Below are positions 1-12,860 of a DNA stretch of 64,000 bases, piece after piece. Under the pieces are notes generated by a model. The model worked only from the letters and a program-made list of their open reading frames with translations. It searched no databases and was not told the origin of the DNA. A program made the position numbers and the translations under genes. Numbering within the stretch: position 1 is the first letter of the stretch; each line of letters opens with the position of its first letter. The stretch comes from Octopus vulgaris (Eukaryota), in the NCBI GenBank assembly GCA_951406725.2, contig OX597820.1:81034001-81098000 (forward strand), written 5' to 3'.

Positions 1-815
1 AACCTTGGTTATAATCATGTCACTGTCAATCACTCAGTTAATTTCATTGATCCTATTTCACATGCTTCAAGCAATCATGTAGAGGTAATGTGGAACTGTG
101 CCAAAAAATGGAATAGAAGAGAAATTGAAACAGCAACGACATGTCTTAATAGTTGCTTAGTTGAATTCATGTGGCGATATCAATTTAATGATGATCCATT
201 CTAGAATCACTTAATTGGTATGTGAGATGTTTATAATCATCATCATCGTTTAACGTCCGTTTTCCATGCTAGCATGGGTTGGACGGTTTGAACGGGCTCT
301 GGGAAGCCAGAAGGCTGCACCAGGCTCCAGTTTGATCTGGCAGTGTTTCTACAGCTGGATGCCCTTCCTAACGCCAACCACTCCGTGAGTGTAGTGGGTG
401 CTTTTTACATGCCACCGGCACAGGTGCCAGGCGAGGCTAGCAACGGCCATGATCGGATTGGTGCTTTTTACGTGCCACCGGCACGGAAGCTAGTCAATTA
501 TAATCTATAATTTTTTTTAGATAAAATGTTTTGCTAGTATTTTAGTTTTAATTTTCATTTCTTATTAAATATATTTTGGCTGTCACGCTTAAATTTTCAT
601 TTTTTATCTTATTAAATATATTTTAGCTGTCACTATTAACACTAAATATAATCAAATAAAATTTATAATATTTTTAAGAAACGAAACTAAATCATATTTA
701 AGCCGTCATGCTTAAACGAAACGAAAGTAAATCATATTTAAAGTAAAAACGAAAGTAAATCATATTTAAGTTCTCATGCTTAAACGAAAAAGCGCCTAGC
801 TCTCCAAAACAGACC
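1..815 (+). mobile_element. 3' part of a Merlin (IS1595/ISXO2-like) DNA transposon, decayed; transposase fragment at 1-204
   Basis: Frame +1 reads NLGYNHVTVNHSVNFIDPISHASSNHVEVMWNCAKK...CLVEFMWRYQF*, matching the H-x-TVNHS..F.DP / E..W / EFMWR pattern of ISXO2-like transposases. Subterminal tandem repeats (aaacgaaagtaaatcatatttaag) at ~680-790. Right end is approximate. Confidence 0.75.
239..497 (-). mobile_element. 5'-truncated RTE LINE 3'UTR copy inserted in the Merlin element
   Basis: (CAT)n tail followed by cgtttaacgtccgttttccatgctagcatgggttggacgg. Flanked by an 8-bp direct repeat TTATAATC (231-238 and 498-505). Same sequence follows the RTE ORF end at 58275-58930. Confidence 0.85.
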
Positions 816-849
816 ACGTACAAATTCGTTCTTCACAATATCTACAGCT

Positions 850-1620
850 GCTTTCTGATATGATCTATCCCATTCTTATAAAAATGGTGGCGAAGGTAAA
901 GAATGCACACACCCAGTGGTTATAGTTACGCCGTAAAAGGGTGGTGTGCGTATTCGTTACCTCCGCCAAAATGATAATTCTGTCCAAATGCCTTAACGGC
1001 ATTTTTTTTCTCGATATTTTAATATCCATATCGAAAGAATGCCGCTTTAACATTTACTCCATAAATATTTTGTTGTCAATGCTGCCCTTTCCTGCATTAC
1101 CTGTTTCAACATAAACGTAATATCTAGAAACTATGCCGTTTTTTTAATTCCGAACAACGCCGGGTATCTCTGCCGGTAAATACATAGAACACACTCGCGC
1201 GCGTACACACGTACACCCATTAGTTTCCTCTTCCACTTCGACACGTCAAACAGAACGAACACGCACACACGTACACAGGATTGTTTATAGTTAACAGAAA
1301 AACACGTGCTCACGGAAAGTGACGAAGATAATGGCATTTCTGTGATAACTCTCAGACTGAAAATAAGTGAATGCCGGGAGTGCTTCGTCAGCGATCTGGT
1401 TGCCAGCAGAGATATTTCTTGTTTAGCTGTTTGTCACTTCGGAGTGAATACCTGTGGTAAAAGATATTCCAGACGTAATCACTCCATCTAATGAAAGGTA
1501 CTACTAGCGAACAGTGGTCCCGGTGCGTACACACGCGCAAGCTAATCGCAAGTAGTCAACCCTACGACTTTTTAACCCTAACCCTAACCTGAAACATATC
1601 TCGGATTACCATTATTGTAA
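850..1620. promoter_or_regulatory. CpG-retaining unique region, candidate promoter or first exon
   Basis: Many CpGs (e.g. ctcgcgcgcgtac, CACGTG at ~1303, ACGTCA at ~1243) in non-repetitive sequence, against strong CpG depletion downstream of ~3.7 kb. No recognisable protein. Confidence 0.35.
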
Positions 1621-2129
1621 TGTTCTTCCATTAAAAAAAATGTAGTTGTAAATCATTTGAGAGGTTTTTAGCTGTTATTTCTAACATATAAAGTGAACAC
1701 GTAAAAGCTATGAGTTCGAAATACATGATATCAACACAATTATTCCCTTCGTAATTTTACACGTGGTTTTGGGGAATAACACTTGCTTACTAGCTTAATG
1801 TAACACAAAATTAACGATTGAATTATACAGAGAAAGAAAGAGATGGAAACTAATCCACTTACTACTAATTCTAAAAACGGACCAGAATATATCAACATTT
1901 TTTTTTCCAAAAATCTATTTAACAATGTGCTTAGGATGCTGGCTTGGGAGTTAGTCGATAAACGAATAACAGAAATATTCAAAAGCTAAAGGAGACAAAA
2001 ATATATACAGGCAAGAATTTTAAAGAGAAAAAGAGTCAGAATGCCTTTGATTTGCTTCTATAAGAATGACAGAGACCAGTGATCCTTAGTCTACTAAACT
2101 TTGAAATGAAGTTGTGGCTGATAGCAAAG

Positions 2130-2306
2130 GATGGATTAAGTCTATTATATCGGCCCCAGTGCGTAACTGGTACTTAATTAATCGACCCCGAAAGGATGAA
2201 AGGCAAAGTCGACCTCGGCGAAAATTGAACTCACAACGTAACGGCAGACGAAATACCGCTCGGCATTTCGCCCGACGTGCTAACGATTCCGCCAGCTCGC
2301 CGCCTT
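2130..2306 (-). mobile_element. tRNA-derived SINE (family 1)
   Basis: Reverse complement of the SINE at 3064. A-box-like TGGCGGAATCG, B-box-like GAGTTCAATTT, central GCCTTTCATCCTTTCGGGGTCGAT motif. Confidence 0.85.
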
Positions 2307-2827
2307 AGAAGTGCAAAATATTGATGCTACCTGTAGAAATTCTAGATTATTTTCTTCAACAATGACAGAAGAGATCGACTTACTGTTTCTTGAGATTTGC
2401 GTGTTGTTTTTTCCCCCCTCTAAACGTGCACTATAGTGTTACTTTTCTAGTAATAGCACAAAACCACATATTGTAAAGGCGGATATAATTTCTATCAATC
2501 CATCTGACATTCGCGTAAAACGTTCTCTAAGACTACAACTGATACAGCCACAGCTAATCTAGCCAAATTTTCGTAAATTATTTTTTTTCTTTCATCAATT
2601 TTCTTTTGTTCTAAACAATTTAATGCAAGTAAAAATAAAGTCGGCATAGTTTCGGTTGCGAAACTTCGCCAAAGGCATGCCATAAAGTCTATACTTAAAA
2701 TATAGAAAATTATGATATTTACATGACAATGTAAATATGGAAGAATGTCCTCAAGGAGCCAGACCTGAAGTTTAATTCATGATTAGCTTCAACAGGACTT
2801 ATTTTTACAAGGCTTTCTTAACCTAAA

Positions 2828-2873
2828 ATGAAATTATAAAGAATTCAACATGTTGAATTCTTTATAATTTCAT
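2828..2873. repeat. Perfect 46-bp palindrome
   Basis: ATGAAATTATAAAGAATTCAACA|TGTTGAATTCTTTATAATTTCAT, no spacer. Confidence 0.95.
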
Positions 2874-3063
2874 CAATGTCTATACGATAATGATATTTCA
2901 GATATACTAGTTGAAATTAGAATTCAAAAGCCAGCAAAGTTTATAATAAATAGCTAGGAAGTAGTGAAGTTCTTGTTCCTACTGCTCCTGCTACGTGTTG
3001 AAGTAAAAGGAGACTATTGTCGCCTTTCTCCTGTTGGCATGGGCTGGACGGTTTGATTGAAAA

Positions 3064-3484
3064 AGGCGGCGAGCTGGCAGAAACGTTAGCACGCCGGGCG
3101 AAATGCTTAGCGGTATTTCGTCTGCCGTTACGTTGTGAGTTCAAATTCCGCCGAGGTCGACTTTACCTTTCATCCTTTCGGGGTCGATAAATTAAGTACC
3201 AGTTACGCACTGGGGTCGATGTTATCGACTTAATACCTATATCTGTCCTTGTTTGTCCCTCTATGTTTAGCCCCTTGTGGGTAATAAAGAAATAGAAATA
3301 GGTATTTCGTCTGCCGTTACGCTCTGAGTTCAAATTCCGCCGAGATCGACTTTGCCTTTCATCCTTCCGGGGTCGATAAATTAAGTACCAGTTACGCACT
3401 GGGGTCGATGTAATCGACTTAATACCTATGTCTGTCCTTGTTTGTCCCCTCTATTTTTAGCCCCTTGTGGGTAATACAGAAATA
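3064..3484 (+). mobile_element. tRNA-derived SINE (family 1), full copy plus 5'-truncated tandem copy inside one TSD
   Basis: GGCGGCGAGCTGGCAGAAACG...GAGTTCAAATTCC (A/B boxes). Second copy starts at 3301. 14-bp TSD GGTTTGATTGAAAA at 3050-3063 and 3485-3498. Confidence 0.9.
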
Positions 3485-4507
3485 GGTTTGATTGAAAACC
3501 GGTAAGCTGGGGGGATCTGTTCAGTTTGACTCACAGATTTTTTTGATTAATTTTTTGGCAATCCTTCGTTTTAACTCGACGAAACTAAAACAAACACTCA
3601 GTTGTTTCGTTTTGATTAATTTTCAATAAAAAAAAAAACGTTATATGGTCTTGGTGAATGCAAGATATTATAGGTAAAGGTCAAAGTTTGTAACCTATTA
3701 ACATCTGATGACCTTTTTACAGAATAAATTTACTTAGCATTTGCATGAACTTGTAGATCTTGACCAGGCAATCATTTTAAGTGGTCATTTGAAATATTTT
3801 GGTGAAGAATTGCAAAGTTAAAGCTGTTTGAATTTTCCATACCCTAATTTCTGCCACCAGCTGTTAGAGTGAACATGGTCAAAAAGTCCATGGTGGGCAT
3901 CTTCCATTCCATTTTTTTTTTTTTTTTTTGCTGGCGACGTCAGTTTTCTGACTTGTTAGATCCAGGGCTACATGAAAATAACCATTAAAGTAAATCACAT
4001 GACCCCCACTAGCCCATGGCCTAAGTGCTTTTAGGAGACTTCTGCACTATTATTCTGAGGTGTATATTTGTGTAAGATTATGGATATGATTTTTGTTTTA
4101 TGCATTGATTGGTGCTTTGAGAAATGAAGTTTGCTGTTGAAACAAGTAGTGTCCTTCACATATCTTTTTTTTCAATTTTTGAATTTTTTGCTTCATTATG
4201 TTGGTTGGTAGTTTATGGATGTGGTCTCTGTACAACTTAAAAGGATGCACAGTGTGATGTGTGTTCTTTGTAATTTACTGTAGGGAGATTAAGGAAGGGA
4301 GTATCAAGAGAGGGTTGGCATTGTCTATAATAGATCTGATGTAGTGTCTATATGCTATTTTTGTTTCTTTCTGTTGGTTTAATGTTGTACCTGTAGGTAA
4401 TCTTAGCATGTCTGGTTTAATCTTGCTTTTCCTAATATGTCTTTTACATATGTTGTGAATATGGTGGAAGTATTGTATGTAATATTTATAATTTTGTCTT
4501 CTGGATC

Positions 4508-4852
4508 CTGTGCCGGTGGCACATAAAAAGCACCGTCTGAACATGGTTGATGCCAGGTCCGCCTGACTGGCCCCTGTGCCTGTGGCACGTAAAGACCACC
4601 ATCTGAATGTGGCAAATGCCAGTACCCCCTGACTGGCTCTCATGCTTGTGGCACGTAAAAAGCTCTATCGAAATGTGATCGATGCAGGCCTGCCTGACTT
4701 GCTCGTGTGCACGTAAAAAGCACCCACTACACTCTCAGAGTGGTTGGCATTAGGAAGGGCATCCAGCTGTTGAAACACTGCCAGATCACTCAAACCATCC
4801 AACCCATGCCAGCATGGAAAGCAGATGTTAAATGATGATGATAATGATGATG
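4508..4852 (+). mobile_element. RTE LINE 3'UTR copy
   Basis: Several GTGCCGGTGGCAC-GTAAAAAGCACC subrepeats, then GTTGGCATTAGGAAGGGCATCCAGCTGT and a (GAT)n tail. Confidence 0.85.
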
Positions 4853-5132
4853 TGTGTGTGTGTGTATGCCTGTATGCATGTATGTGTGTGTGTGTGTGGT
4901 ATATTGTTGGATGTGATGGTTTTTGTATCAGATGCTATCTTGTGTTACTGGTGAAAAGGGAGTAGATACAAACAAATTAACTTTTATTTTAGAGCTTGGT
5001 TTCTAGGCTACTGTTGCAGGTTTGGAATAGTTGTGCAGTAGTATGTGGAGAATAGTTTGGAAGATACAAGTATAATGTTATCTGTATATGAATCTATGTA
5101 TATATCTTCAGGATATGTGGGAAGACCATGTA

Positions 5133-5695
5133 TTGGGTTGTCCGGAAAGTTTGTGCCAATTTTTAGAGGGAAGAAAAAGGTCAATAAATACTTGCCATTA
5201 CATTTTTAATCAACCAAATACGAACCATTTTGTTGCACAATGCGTCTCCATCTTTCTTTTAACTTGAAAATACCCTCTTCCCAGAATTGATGTGGTTTCA
5301 TAGCAAAGAATTCATCAAGGTATCTTTTTACGTCATCCAAGGAATTGAAATTTTTACCATTAAGACTATTCTGCAGAGACCTGAATAAGTGGAAATCCGA
5401 AGGAGCAATATCTGGTGAATATGGACGGTAGGGTAACACATCCTAGCCGAGCTGCAATTTTTGTCTGGTTCCCAAAGCATCAAGTGCCGAAAATGAACTT
5501 TCTTATCTTCCATTTTAAATGGTTACAGAATTAACACAGGTTATAGGAACATAAACCTTCTTCCACGAAAAGATAGCTTAAACTGTGCTCTAAATGGAGG
5601 TGTAGTCAAATTCTGTTTTATGGACTCAACCATGTTCCAAAATTAGTTGAATTTTAAGCTACTATAAATCGGCACAAACTTTCCGGACAACCCAA
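5133..5695 (-). mobile_element. Internally deleted mariner transposon
   Basis: ~30-bp TIRs TTGGGTTGTCCGGAAAGTTTGTGCC / GGCACAAACTTTCCGGACAACCCAA with TA on both sides. The transposase N-terminus (MEDKKVHFRHLMLWE) abuts the C-terminus (PYSPDIAPSDFHLFRSLQNSL...WRRIVQQNGSYLVD). Confidence 0.95.
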
Positions 5696-7439
5696 TACTT
5701 GTTGGTTGAAAAGTGTGGGTGTAAGGATGGAGAAAGCAAGTTTTAGAAGTGCTATATTTTTACATTATACAAGCTTAAAGACTTGACAGGTAGCTTGCTA
5801 GATTAGAGTTTGATGTTGTTTCTTAAGAAAGTGTTGATGTGTGTAAGTGGATAGTATTGAGTGGAATATAAAGCATTGTCAATAGTAGAATGGTGTATAA
5901 GGGAGGTTTATTGTTGAAATCATTATTCATCCTTTATATCATGTTCATGAGTAATATAATAGTTTAGTAGTGTGAATCCATTTTGTGAGTTTGGAGATGA
6001 TATGTCGATTAGCGCTACCAAAGATGAGCCTTACTGAAATATTTGATGGTTTGCATAGAAAAGTGATGGATCACTTAAGGTTCTTAAATTGCTATGATTT
6101 TATCCAGTTTCTGACTTGTTAGACCCAGGGCTTGTAGATGATGCTTGATGCCGTAATTCCTTCAAACCCTTGCTATTTTAAGCATATGTTTGTGATTTTG
6201 TCAGGTCCAGAGTATCTTTGAAATTTTAATTTTTCTTATTACTTTTTAGATGTTCAAGTTAAAGGAAGAAATCCATTATGATCTCAGTGCATAATTTTCA
6301 TTTTCTACTTGTGTGTGTGTGTATGTTTTGAAGGGGATAGGTTGGGATGTCTGATTTCTACAAAATATCTGATAAGAATGTTTCTGACTGTAGTGTCCTA
6401 GAACATTTTATGAGTTTTTTTTATTTCTTTTTTTTTTTTTGTATAGAGTGTGGTGTAGTCCTTGTTGATGCTTTGAAATACTCATTATAATGTCCTATTG
6501 TTTTGGGGTGGATTTATATTAACTACAAATATTTGCCAGTTTTTTATATTTGTTATTATCATATTATCATATTATTATTTGTTTAGTGTCGAGTTTTATT
6601 TCATTTGTGTGATGTCAGTCTATTATGTTTAAAGCCCATAGTTTTAATAAAGTTTGCTATTTCTATTGACATATTGAGTTTTTTCTTTTTTCGAAAGTGT
6701 TTACAATTGGTTTGTTGAAATAGTGTGTACTGCAGTAGTTATGTTGGCGCTATTAAATTTTGCAAACTTCTTTTCAGTTTCCTGATGCTATTGATTCCAA
6801 TTAGCTGTTCTGAAGTTTATAATGGTGTTTTTGTTTTGTTCATTGATGGCTTTCAGATAGTTCTCAAAGTCAATTTAAAAAACACCTTTAATTCAATCAG
6901 ATGTTAGGTCAGTAAAAGAGAGGGTTGAGAGCTTTACCAGTTTATGGTTTTATTGTGAGTCCTCTTAACTATCCTTTGATCAGTGGCACATTCTTTCTGC
7001 CTCAGGAGTTCAACATGCTCCTCTCTAATTCCCTCACTTAATTTCTTTCTTCTATTCATGCTCGCTCCTCTTTAACAGATAACTATTCTCTCTTTTTTTA
7101 AGCAGAGAGGTAGGTAAAACTTTAAAAATGTAGAGGGGGCTTGGATTGCCAAATCCAGATTGGAGTAATTGACTGAGAAAGTTTGGGACAATTTACAACC
7201 AAAACACATTCTCTGGTCAATACTCAAGATGTTACATTTTACAAATACCAGTTTTTCTGGAGAATGGTTTGATGCTGTATCCATGAAAAGATATTGATGG
7301 CTTGCTTGAATGCATCTCTACCACTCTCACTGTCAATGTATGTAATATGATACTATTGTTGTAATACCCTTGATTCCAGAAATCTTCGTAGATTATCATA
7401 TTAACTAGTTGACTTGGTTACCTCAGTGAGATAACCCTA

Positions 7440-8160
7440 TTTATAAAATGAGATCTACCCAGAGTAAATATATATTCTCAACTCTGGAGTCAGTGGATGA
7501 TGGGAAGAAACTGAATGGATTCACTTTTTGTTCTTGGTTTAAAGGTTGTGCAGAAAGTAACAAATGCAGGTTGTACAATGATAAAAATGATATATTGTTA
7601 ATGAGTGCACGAAGCTGGAACAAAAAGAACATAAAAGAAGACACAATAATGATGCAAAAATGATTCTTTGGGAGCTGTGCAGCAAGTATGGATTGGTTAC
7701 AGCAATGACATGGTATGGGCAAACTCCAAAAGGTGTAATTGAGAATGATCAGGTAAGGACATGGTGAGATGTAGTAAACCAATGTTATTATGTAATTGAA
7801 CAGTGAAAGCCAGTTATAGTGGTTGTGAATAAAGAGGAAAAAACCTGTTTAGTCATAGATATTGCATACCCTGGTGATGATAGTATATTGGAAAAAGAAT
7901 AGAAACAGGTTGGATATAATGAATTGAGGTGGGAAATAAAAAGACTGTCATTATAGAAGAAGGTGAATGTTGTACCTGTTGTTGGATCTTTGAGAACGGT
8001 AAGTACTGAACTCACAAAATGGATTGGGAAAATAAGGGTAATTGTGAAGATAGAACATCAATAGAAAAACATTGTTGCTTGGAACTGCATGAAACCTCAG
8101 TAGAATTCTTGATATCTGAGTGGAGAGTGTTTTCAGACAGCTGACATTTTATTAGATTTT
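7440..8160 (+). mobile_element. Decayed non-LTR retroelement with restriction-like endonuclease (R4/Dong-like)
   Basis: Broken frames give CRL..., KEHKRRHN, KPVIVVVNKEEKTCLVIDIAYPGDDSILEKE and KVNVVPV, typical of the zinc-knuckle/PD-D endonuclease C-terminus. Ends in (AAC)n/(AAT)n. Confidence 0.7.
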
Positions 8161-8289
8161 TCAACAAAGTTTTAAACAAGAACAACAACAACAATAGTAA
8201 TAAATACCACAAGATGATATTAGATTGCTGAGAAATAATGAGGAATACGAGTTTGTTTGCATGTTTTTTGATCATTTTCAAAGTACCTG

Positions 8290-8830
8290 AGGATTGTTTG
8301 TTTTCATGCCTTGCATTTGATTTATTTCTATTTCCAGATCTTCATATTCTGGTAGTTATACCATTTCTTTTAAAGATAAATTGTCATCTGTTGGGGCTGA
8401 TGTGTTGATTAGGAGGCATTTCTTTCTTGACAACAGTATGTGGTTGATAGACCTTGTTCTTCCAATCTGTATGTATTGACATAATCCAAAGTATGGATGC
8501 TTTGTCATTTTTATGAATTTTTTTCTGGAGTATGTCTATACCATCTCTTTTCTGTTAGCATTCTGTAGTGCTGGCACAATTTTCAGTGTATGTGGGTCCC
8601 AACGCTTTCATATTTGTGGATATATTCTTTCTTGGCCAAAAGTAGACAGCCATAGACAATACTATTTCTTGTTTTTTCTTGTTTCCTCATCAGCACATAT
8701 TCTGCAGTTACTGTAGTCTGCTTCATTATGTATTTAGTGGTTTCTGATGAAGAGGCTTCATCTTGTTCCCGTATTAAGAATCCTTCAGTCACTACTCTGA
8801 GCATAGTGTTTCCCAGCCAGTTTTTTTTTT
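8290..8830 (-). mobile_element. Decayed R4-like LINE fragment
   Basis: Minus-strand frames include TEGFLIREQD, CRIC and GCLLLAKKEYI, similar to the R4-like C-terminal domain. Confidence 0.55.
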
Positions 8831-9621
8831 TTTTTTTACTATTTCCATTCTGTACAGAGCTTATTCCATATATGTCATGAAGCTTTTCTTGTCATTGCTT
8901 TATCATGGCATTCTGTAGTCTCAGTTTTAGCATAGATTTTAGCAGCTTCACAGTTTTTTTTTTCCTTCTTAGCAGTGATCATAATACATATTCAAAATAC
9001 CCATAGGTAGGAATTATTTAGGAGTTATTTATTACAAGCATTCTTTTGTGTTTTGTCAGCTTCCTTGAAGACAGAAAACATATTTTTTGTTTATGCTTTG
9101 TAGCACTTTTCCTTTATTCTGAATTAGATATTTCTGTCATATCAACTATTCTTTTTTTTCTAAATTTCCATGATACAAATGAGAGAAAAATTACCTCTGA
9201 AATAGGATTACAGTTTCATTCTTGGATAATCTGACACCTATTTATGGAAAGGTAAACTGAAGCATAGTTTAACTTACCATAAATGTATTATGATCACATA
9301 CAAAGCAGTGATTCATAACTAAAAGCTAAAATGAAAAAGGGAAAAAAACAATAAAAACTGTAAAGCAGCTAAAATCTAAACTAAAACCGGAACTACAGAT
9401 GTCATGATAAAGCAAGGGCAAGAAAAGCTTCTGCAGGCAAATACTTGAATAAGCTGAAAAAAATGGAAGTAGACAAAAAAAAAAAAAATCAAAATTCATT
9501 CATTTGAACTCACAAACTAAACTTTAATAGCCTAATACCTTATCAATCAAGCTATTTCACATTAAGTGTTAAATAAATTTCTTCCACAAAAATTTCAGGC
9601 ATTCAAAAGATAATCAGATAG

Positions 9622-9678
9622 TATATATATTTGTATATATATGTATATATATATATATGTATATATATATGTATGTAT

Positions 9679-9729
<51 letters not shown>

Positions 9730-9740
9730 CATATATATAT
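9622..9740. repeat. (TA)n/(TATG)n microsatellite, one of many similar tracts in the window
   Basis: Direct reading. Confidence 0.95.
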
Positions 9741-10058
9741 TGTTGTGTTGTGATCCCCTTTGGTCATGAATGACCATGGGATCATGGGATTGCACCTAGA
9801 AAGTTCCCTCCGAGGCACAAATCTGGACAAGGTTGTTTACGGAAGGCCACCAGTCACCCATGCATACCAGCCTCCCTTCTCCACGCCACTGATGTTATCC
9901 AAGGGAAAGGCAAAGGCCAATACAGCTTGGCGCCAGTGACGTCACAGCTCATTTCTACAGCTGAGTGAACTGGAGGAACGTGAAATAAAGTGTCTTGCTC
10001 AAGAACACAATACGCAACCTGGTACAGGAATTGAACTCACAACTTCATGATTGTAAGC
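9740..10058 (-). mobile_element. tRNA-derived SINE (family 3)
   Basis: Minus strand has B-box GAGTTCAATTCC followed by TGTGTTCTTGAGCAAGACACTTT and a (CAA)-type tail. Confidence 0.65.
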
Positions 10059-10087
10059 ATTAGTATATCATTGTAACATTAATATAT

Positions 10088-10307
10088 CATTGTATTAGGC
10101 AAAATCTCATCAGCGGGGTAGAAAAAAATATTCCGTTAGGTTATTAGGCATTGTGTTTTTGAATCATCTTAGCTGAGATGATTTGAAAATACAACACCTA
10201 ATAACCTAACAGTATATCTTATCTACCCCTTTGATGAGATTTTGCCTAATACAATGTTTTAATTACTGTAATGAAATATTTAGGTTAAATCGAAACAGCT
10301 GTAAGAG
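10088..10307 (+). ncRNA. ~170-bp palindrome overlapping a hammerhead-like motif (10226-10307), Penelope pLTR-type
   Basis: Inverted arms 10088-10256 centred at ~10172. TTGATGAG, long stem II (GATTTTGCCTAA...TTAGGTTAAATC), then GAAAC-AGCT-GTA. Confidence 0.6.
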
Positions 10308-11119
10308 AATATGTTTGATTTTTGCAGTTAATAAATTATATTAATGCTACATCTCCATTTTCTAAATTTTCTCTTGAATGTTTATAAACCAAGATTTATA
10401 TTTAGACCAATTATGCTATGAATATTACTATTCACAAAAAATACAAGACAATGAACCAGTAATTCATTGGATATTATCCCTTAATGAAGCTACTTTAACC
10501 TATATATATATATATTGTATGCTAGCATGAATGGATATATATATATATATATATATATACATTACTGAGATATTTACAGCTCACTGCCACTCCTGTCACT
10601 AGCTTTTACTTGTTTTTCAATTCAAGTAAAGGATCTCTTATTTTATACACCTTTCAAAACATGTAACCAACAAACAATTTGTTGGTAAAGAAAAAGCAAC
10701 TGCCACTGCTAAGCACTTTCGTATATAAAAGTCCACAAGACACAAACATTCACACACACACACAGCTACATGTGTGAGGTCACTCTTGTGCTACTGGTAC
10801 CATGTAACTTAGTACAACCTGTTGTATGGTCATGTCATTGATGACTAAACTGACAACTCCACCAAGTTTGCTTGGTGAGGAGGAGGATTTGTGGAGACCC
10901 TGCAAGATGAAGAAAAATACCCATCAAAGAGCTAAGGAACTCGGAGAATCAATGCCCATCCAATATAGTCAAGGTTAGATGGTGTTCACTCGTTGTGGTG
11001 AAGACAATTTCTGAAAGAAATCTCTGAAATAAAATACATTTAGTGAAGATATGCAGCCAGCTGATACTATTCTGCACAGAGAATATTATGACATGATTAT
11101 ATTCATCTATGCAGAACTG

Positions 11120-11165
<46 letters not shown>

Positions 11166-11169
11166 CAAC

Positions 11170-11440
11170 AACAATGCAGGAAGTGCAAAAGATTGTCTTA
11201 ACTGGTATTTCATACATACTGAGAAGAGCATTGTCACAGTGTATTTTCTTTCCTTTTTCCCCCTTTTTTCTGTTACATGACTTTGTAAATGAACAATTTA
11301 GTGTGTTGATTTTAATGGCCTACTAATATATACAGTGTGTTTCTCTGACTTAGGTGTCAGGAAGACACCTGGAAAGAAATGTAAACAGAATTAAAAGAAG
11401 ATGATAATGAAAATAATAATAACAATAACAACAATAATAA
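11170..11440 (+). mobile_element. 3' end of R4-like LINE
   Basis: MQEVQKIVLTGISYILRRALS resembles the conserved R4-clade ORF terminus, followed by a UTR and an (AAT)n tail. Confidence 0.55.
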
Positions 11441-11464
11441 TATGTATGTATGTATATATATATA

Positions 11465-11828
11465 TCATCATCATCATCATCATCATCATCATTTAGCGTC
11501 CGCTTTCCATGCTAGCATGGGTTGGACGTCCAACTGGGGTCTGTGAAGCCAGAAGGCTGCATCAGGCCCATTCTGATCTGGCAGTGTTTCTACGGCTGGA
11601 TGCCCTTCCTAACGCCAACCACTCCGTGAGTGTAGTGGGTGCTTTTTACGTGCCACCCGCACAGGTGCCAGACAGAGCTGGCAAACGGCCATGAACGGAT
11701 GGTGCATTTACGTGCCACCGGCTCAGGGCCAGGCGAGGCTGGCAACGGACACGAACGGATGGTGCTTTTATGTGCCACCGGTACGGAGGCCAGTCGGGGC
11801 AGCGCTGGCAACGGCTACGATCGGATGG
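11465..11828 (-). mobile_element. RTE LINE 3'UTR copy
   Basis: (CAT)n tail, conserved body and three internal subrepeats. Confidence 0.85.
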
Positions 11829-11844
11829 TTCGCTTAACCACAGC

Positions 11845-11887
<43 letters not shown>

Positions 11888-12039
11888 GCATATATATTAA
11901 CAAACAGGTATCATTATTGATTAATGAAACTTTAAACTTGGTTAGGTTGTACTTTATGAGGGGCTACTGTGAATGCATTTTTAGCAATTCTGGAATAATT
12001 TTAAAGCAAACTATAAAGAGTTAAAGCAATTGGAACTAT

Positions 12040-12860
12040 GCAAGCATATGATTTTTCTACATTGTATACTAATCTGCATTTGAAAAGAGTGGAAAAAAGT
12101 GTACTTAGTATAATTGATAAACCTATTAGAAATGTTGGAAGATTTTTGTCAATGTGTACATAATGGTTATACATGTTTTAGTAAAAGTAGACTTAAGGAA
12201 GATGGTTAGTTTGTCACTAATAATGCATACATTACATTTGCTGGGAATATTTTTAGACAAATTAAGGGGATTCTAATGGGTAGTAATAGTAGTTCTTTGT
12301 TAATGGATTTGTATTAATCTTCATGTGAGTTCAACTTACTCATTGATGTATACGAAAAAAATAAATAATTAAATAAATAAATAAAGAAATAAAGAAGATA
12401 GCAACTCAGTAGATGTCTATAGGTATTTGGAGTATTTTGTGGGAAAAACATATCCAGTGGATCTCATAGCAACTAGATATGGTGACTCCATAAAAGAAGT
12501 TAACTATTCAGGTGTGAAACTAGATCAAGATGAGTATTAATAACAACACTGATTGTTTTAATTTCTACATTGCATCGTTGCCTTGGATGGATAGTAGAAT
12601 TTCTTTTTTGAATGGGTTATCATGTGTTTTCTAGTCAGGCCATTGGATATGGTGATCTTATAAATAAAGTTGAAATGTTTTTAAAGAGGATTAATATGTT
12701 AAAGATGCACATTGAAAACCCATGTTGCAGTAGTAAAATGTCAGTTAAATGTTTTAACTATTGCATAGGGAAATACAGTGAGATTTTGAGAAAGCATGGA
12801 ATAATGATAACGAGTTTTCTGGTGAGGGCTTCATTTGCCTTCATTGTCTGTTTGTTGCTT
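12040..12860 (+). mobile_element. Highly decayed Penelope-like reverse transcriptase fragment
   Basis: GNIFRQIKGILMGSNSS at ~12243-12295 resembles the PLE RT motif Q..G.PMG. Many stops. Confidence 0.5.

Noticed and set aside
865-1491. Short ORFs in the CpG-rich region as genes
   Set aside because: No recognisable domains, and their lengths are within chance expectation.
1571-1589. Telomere or interstitial telomeric array (also at ~50372-50390)
   Set aside because: Only about three TTAGGG units; the second case is inside a MITE.
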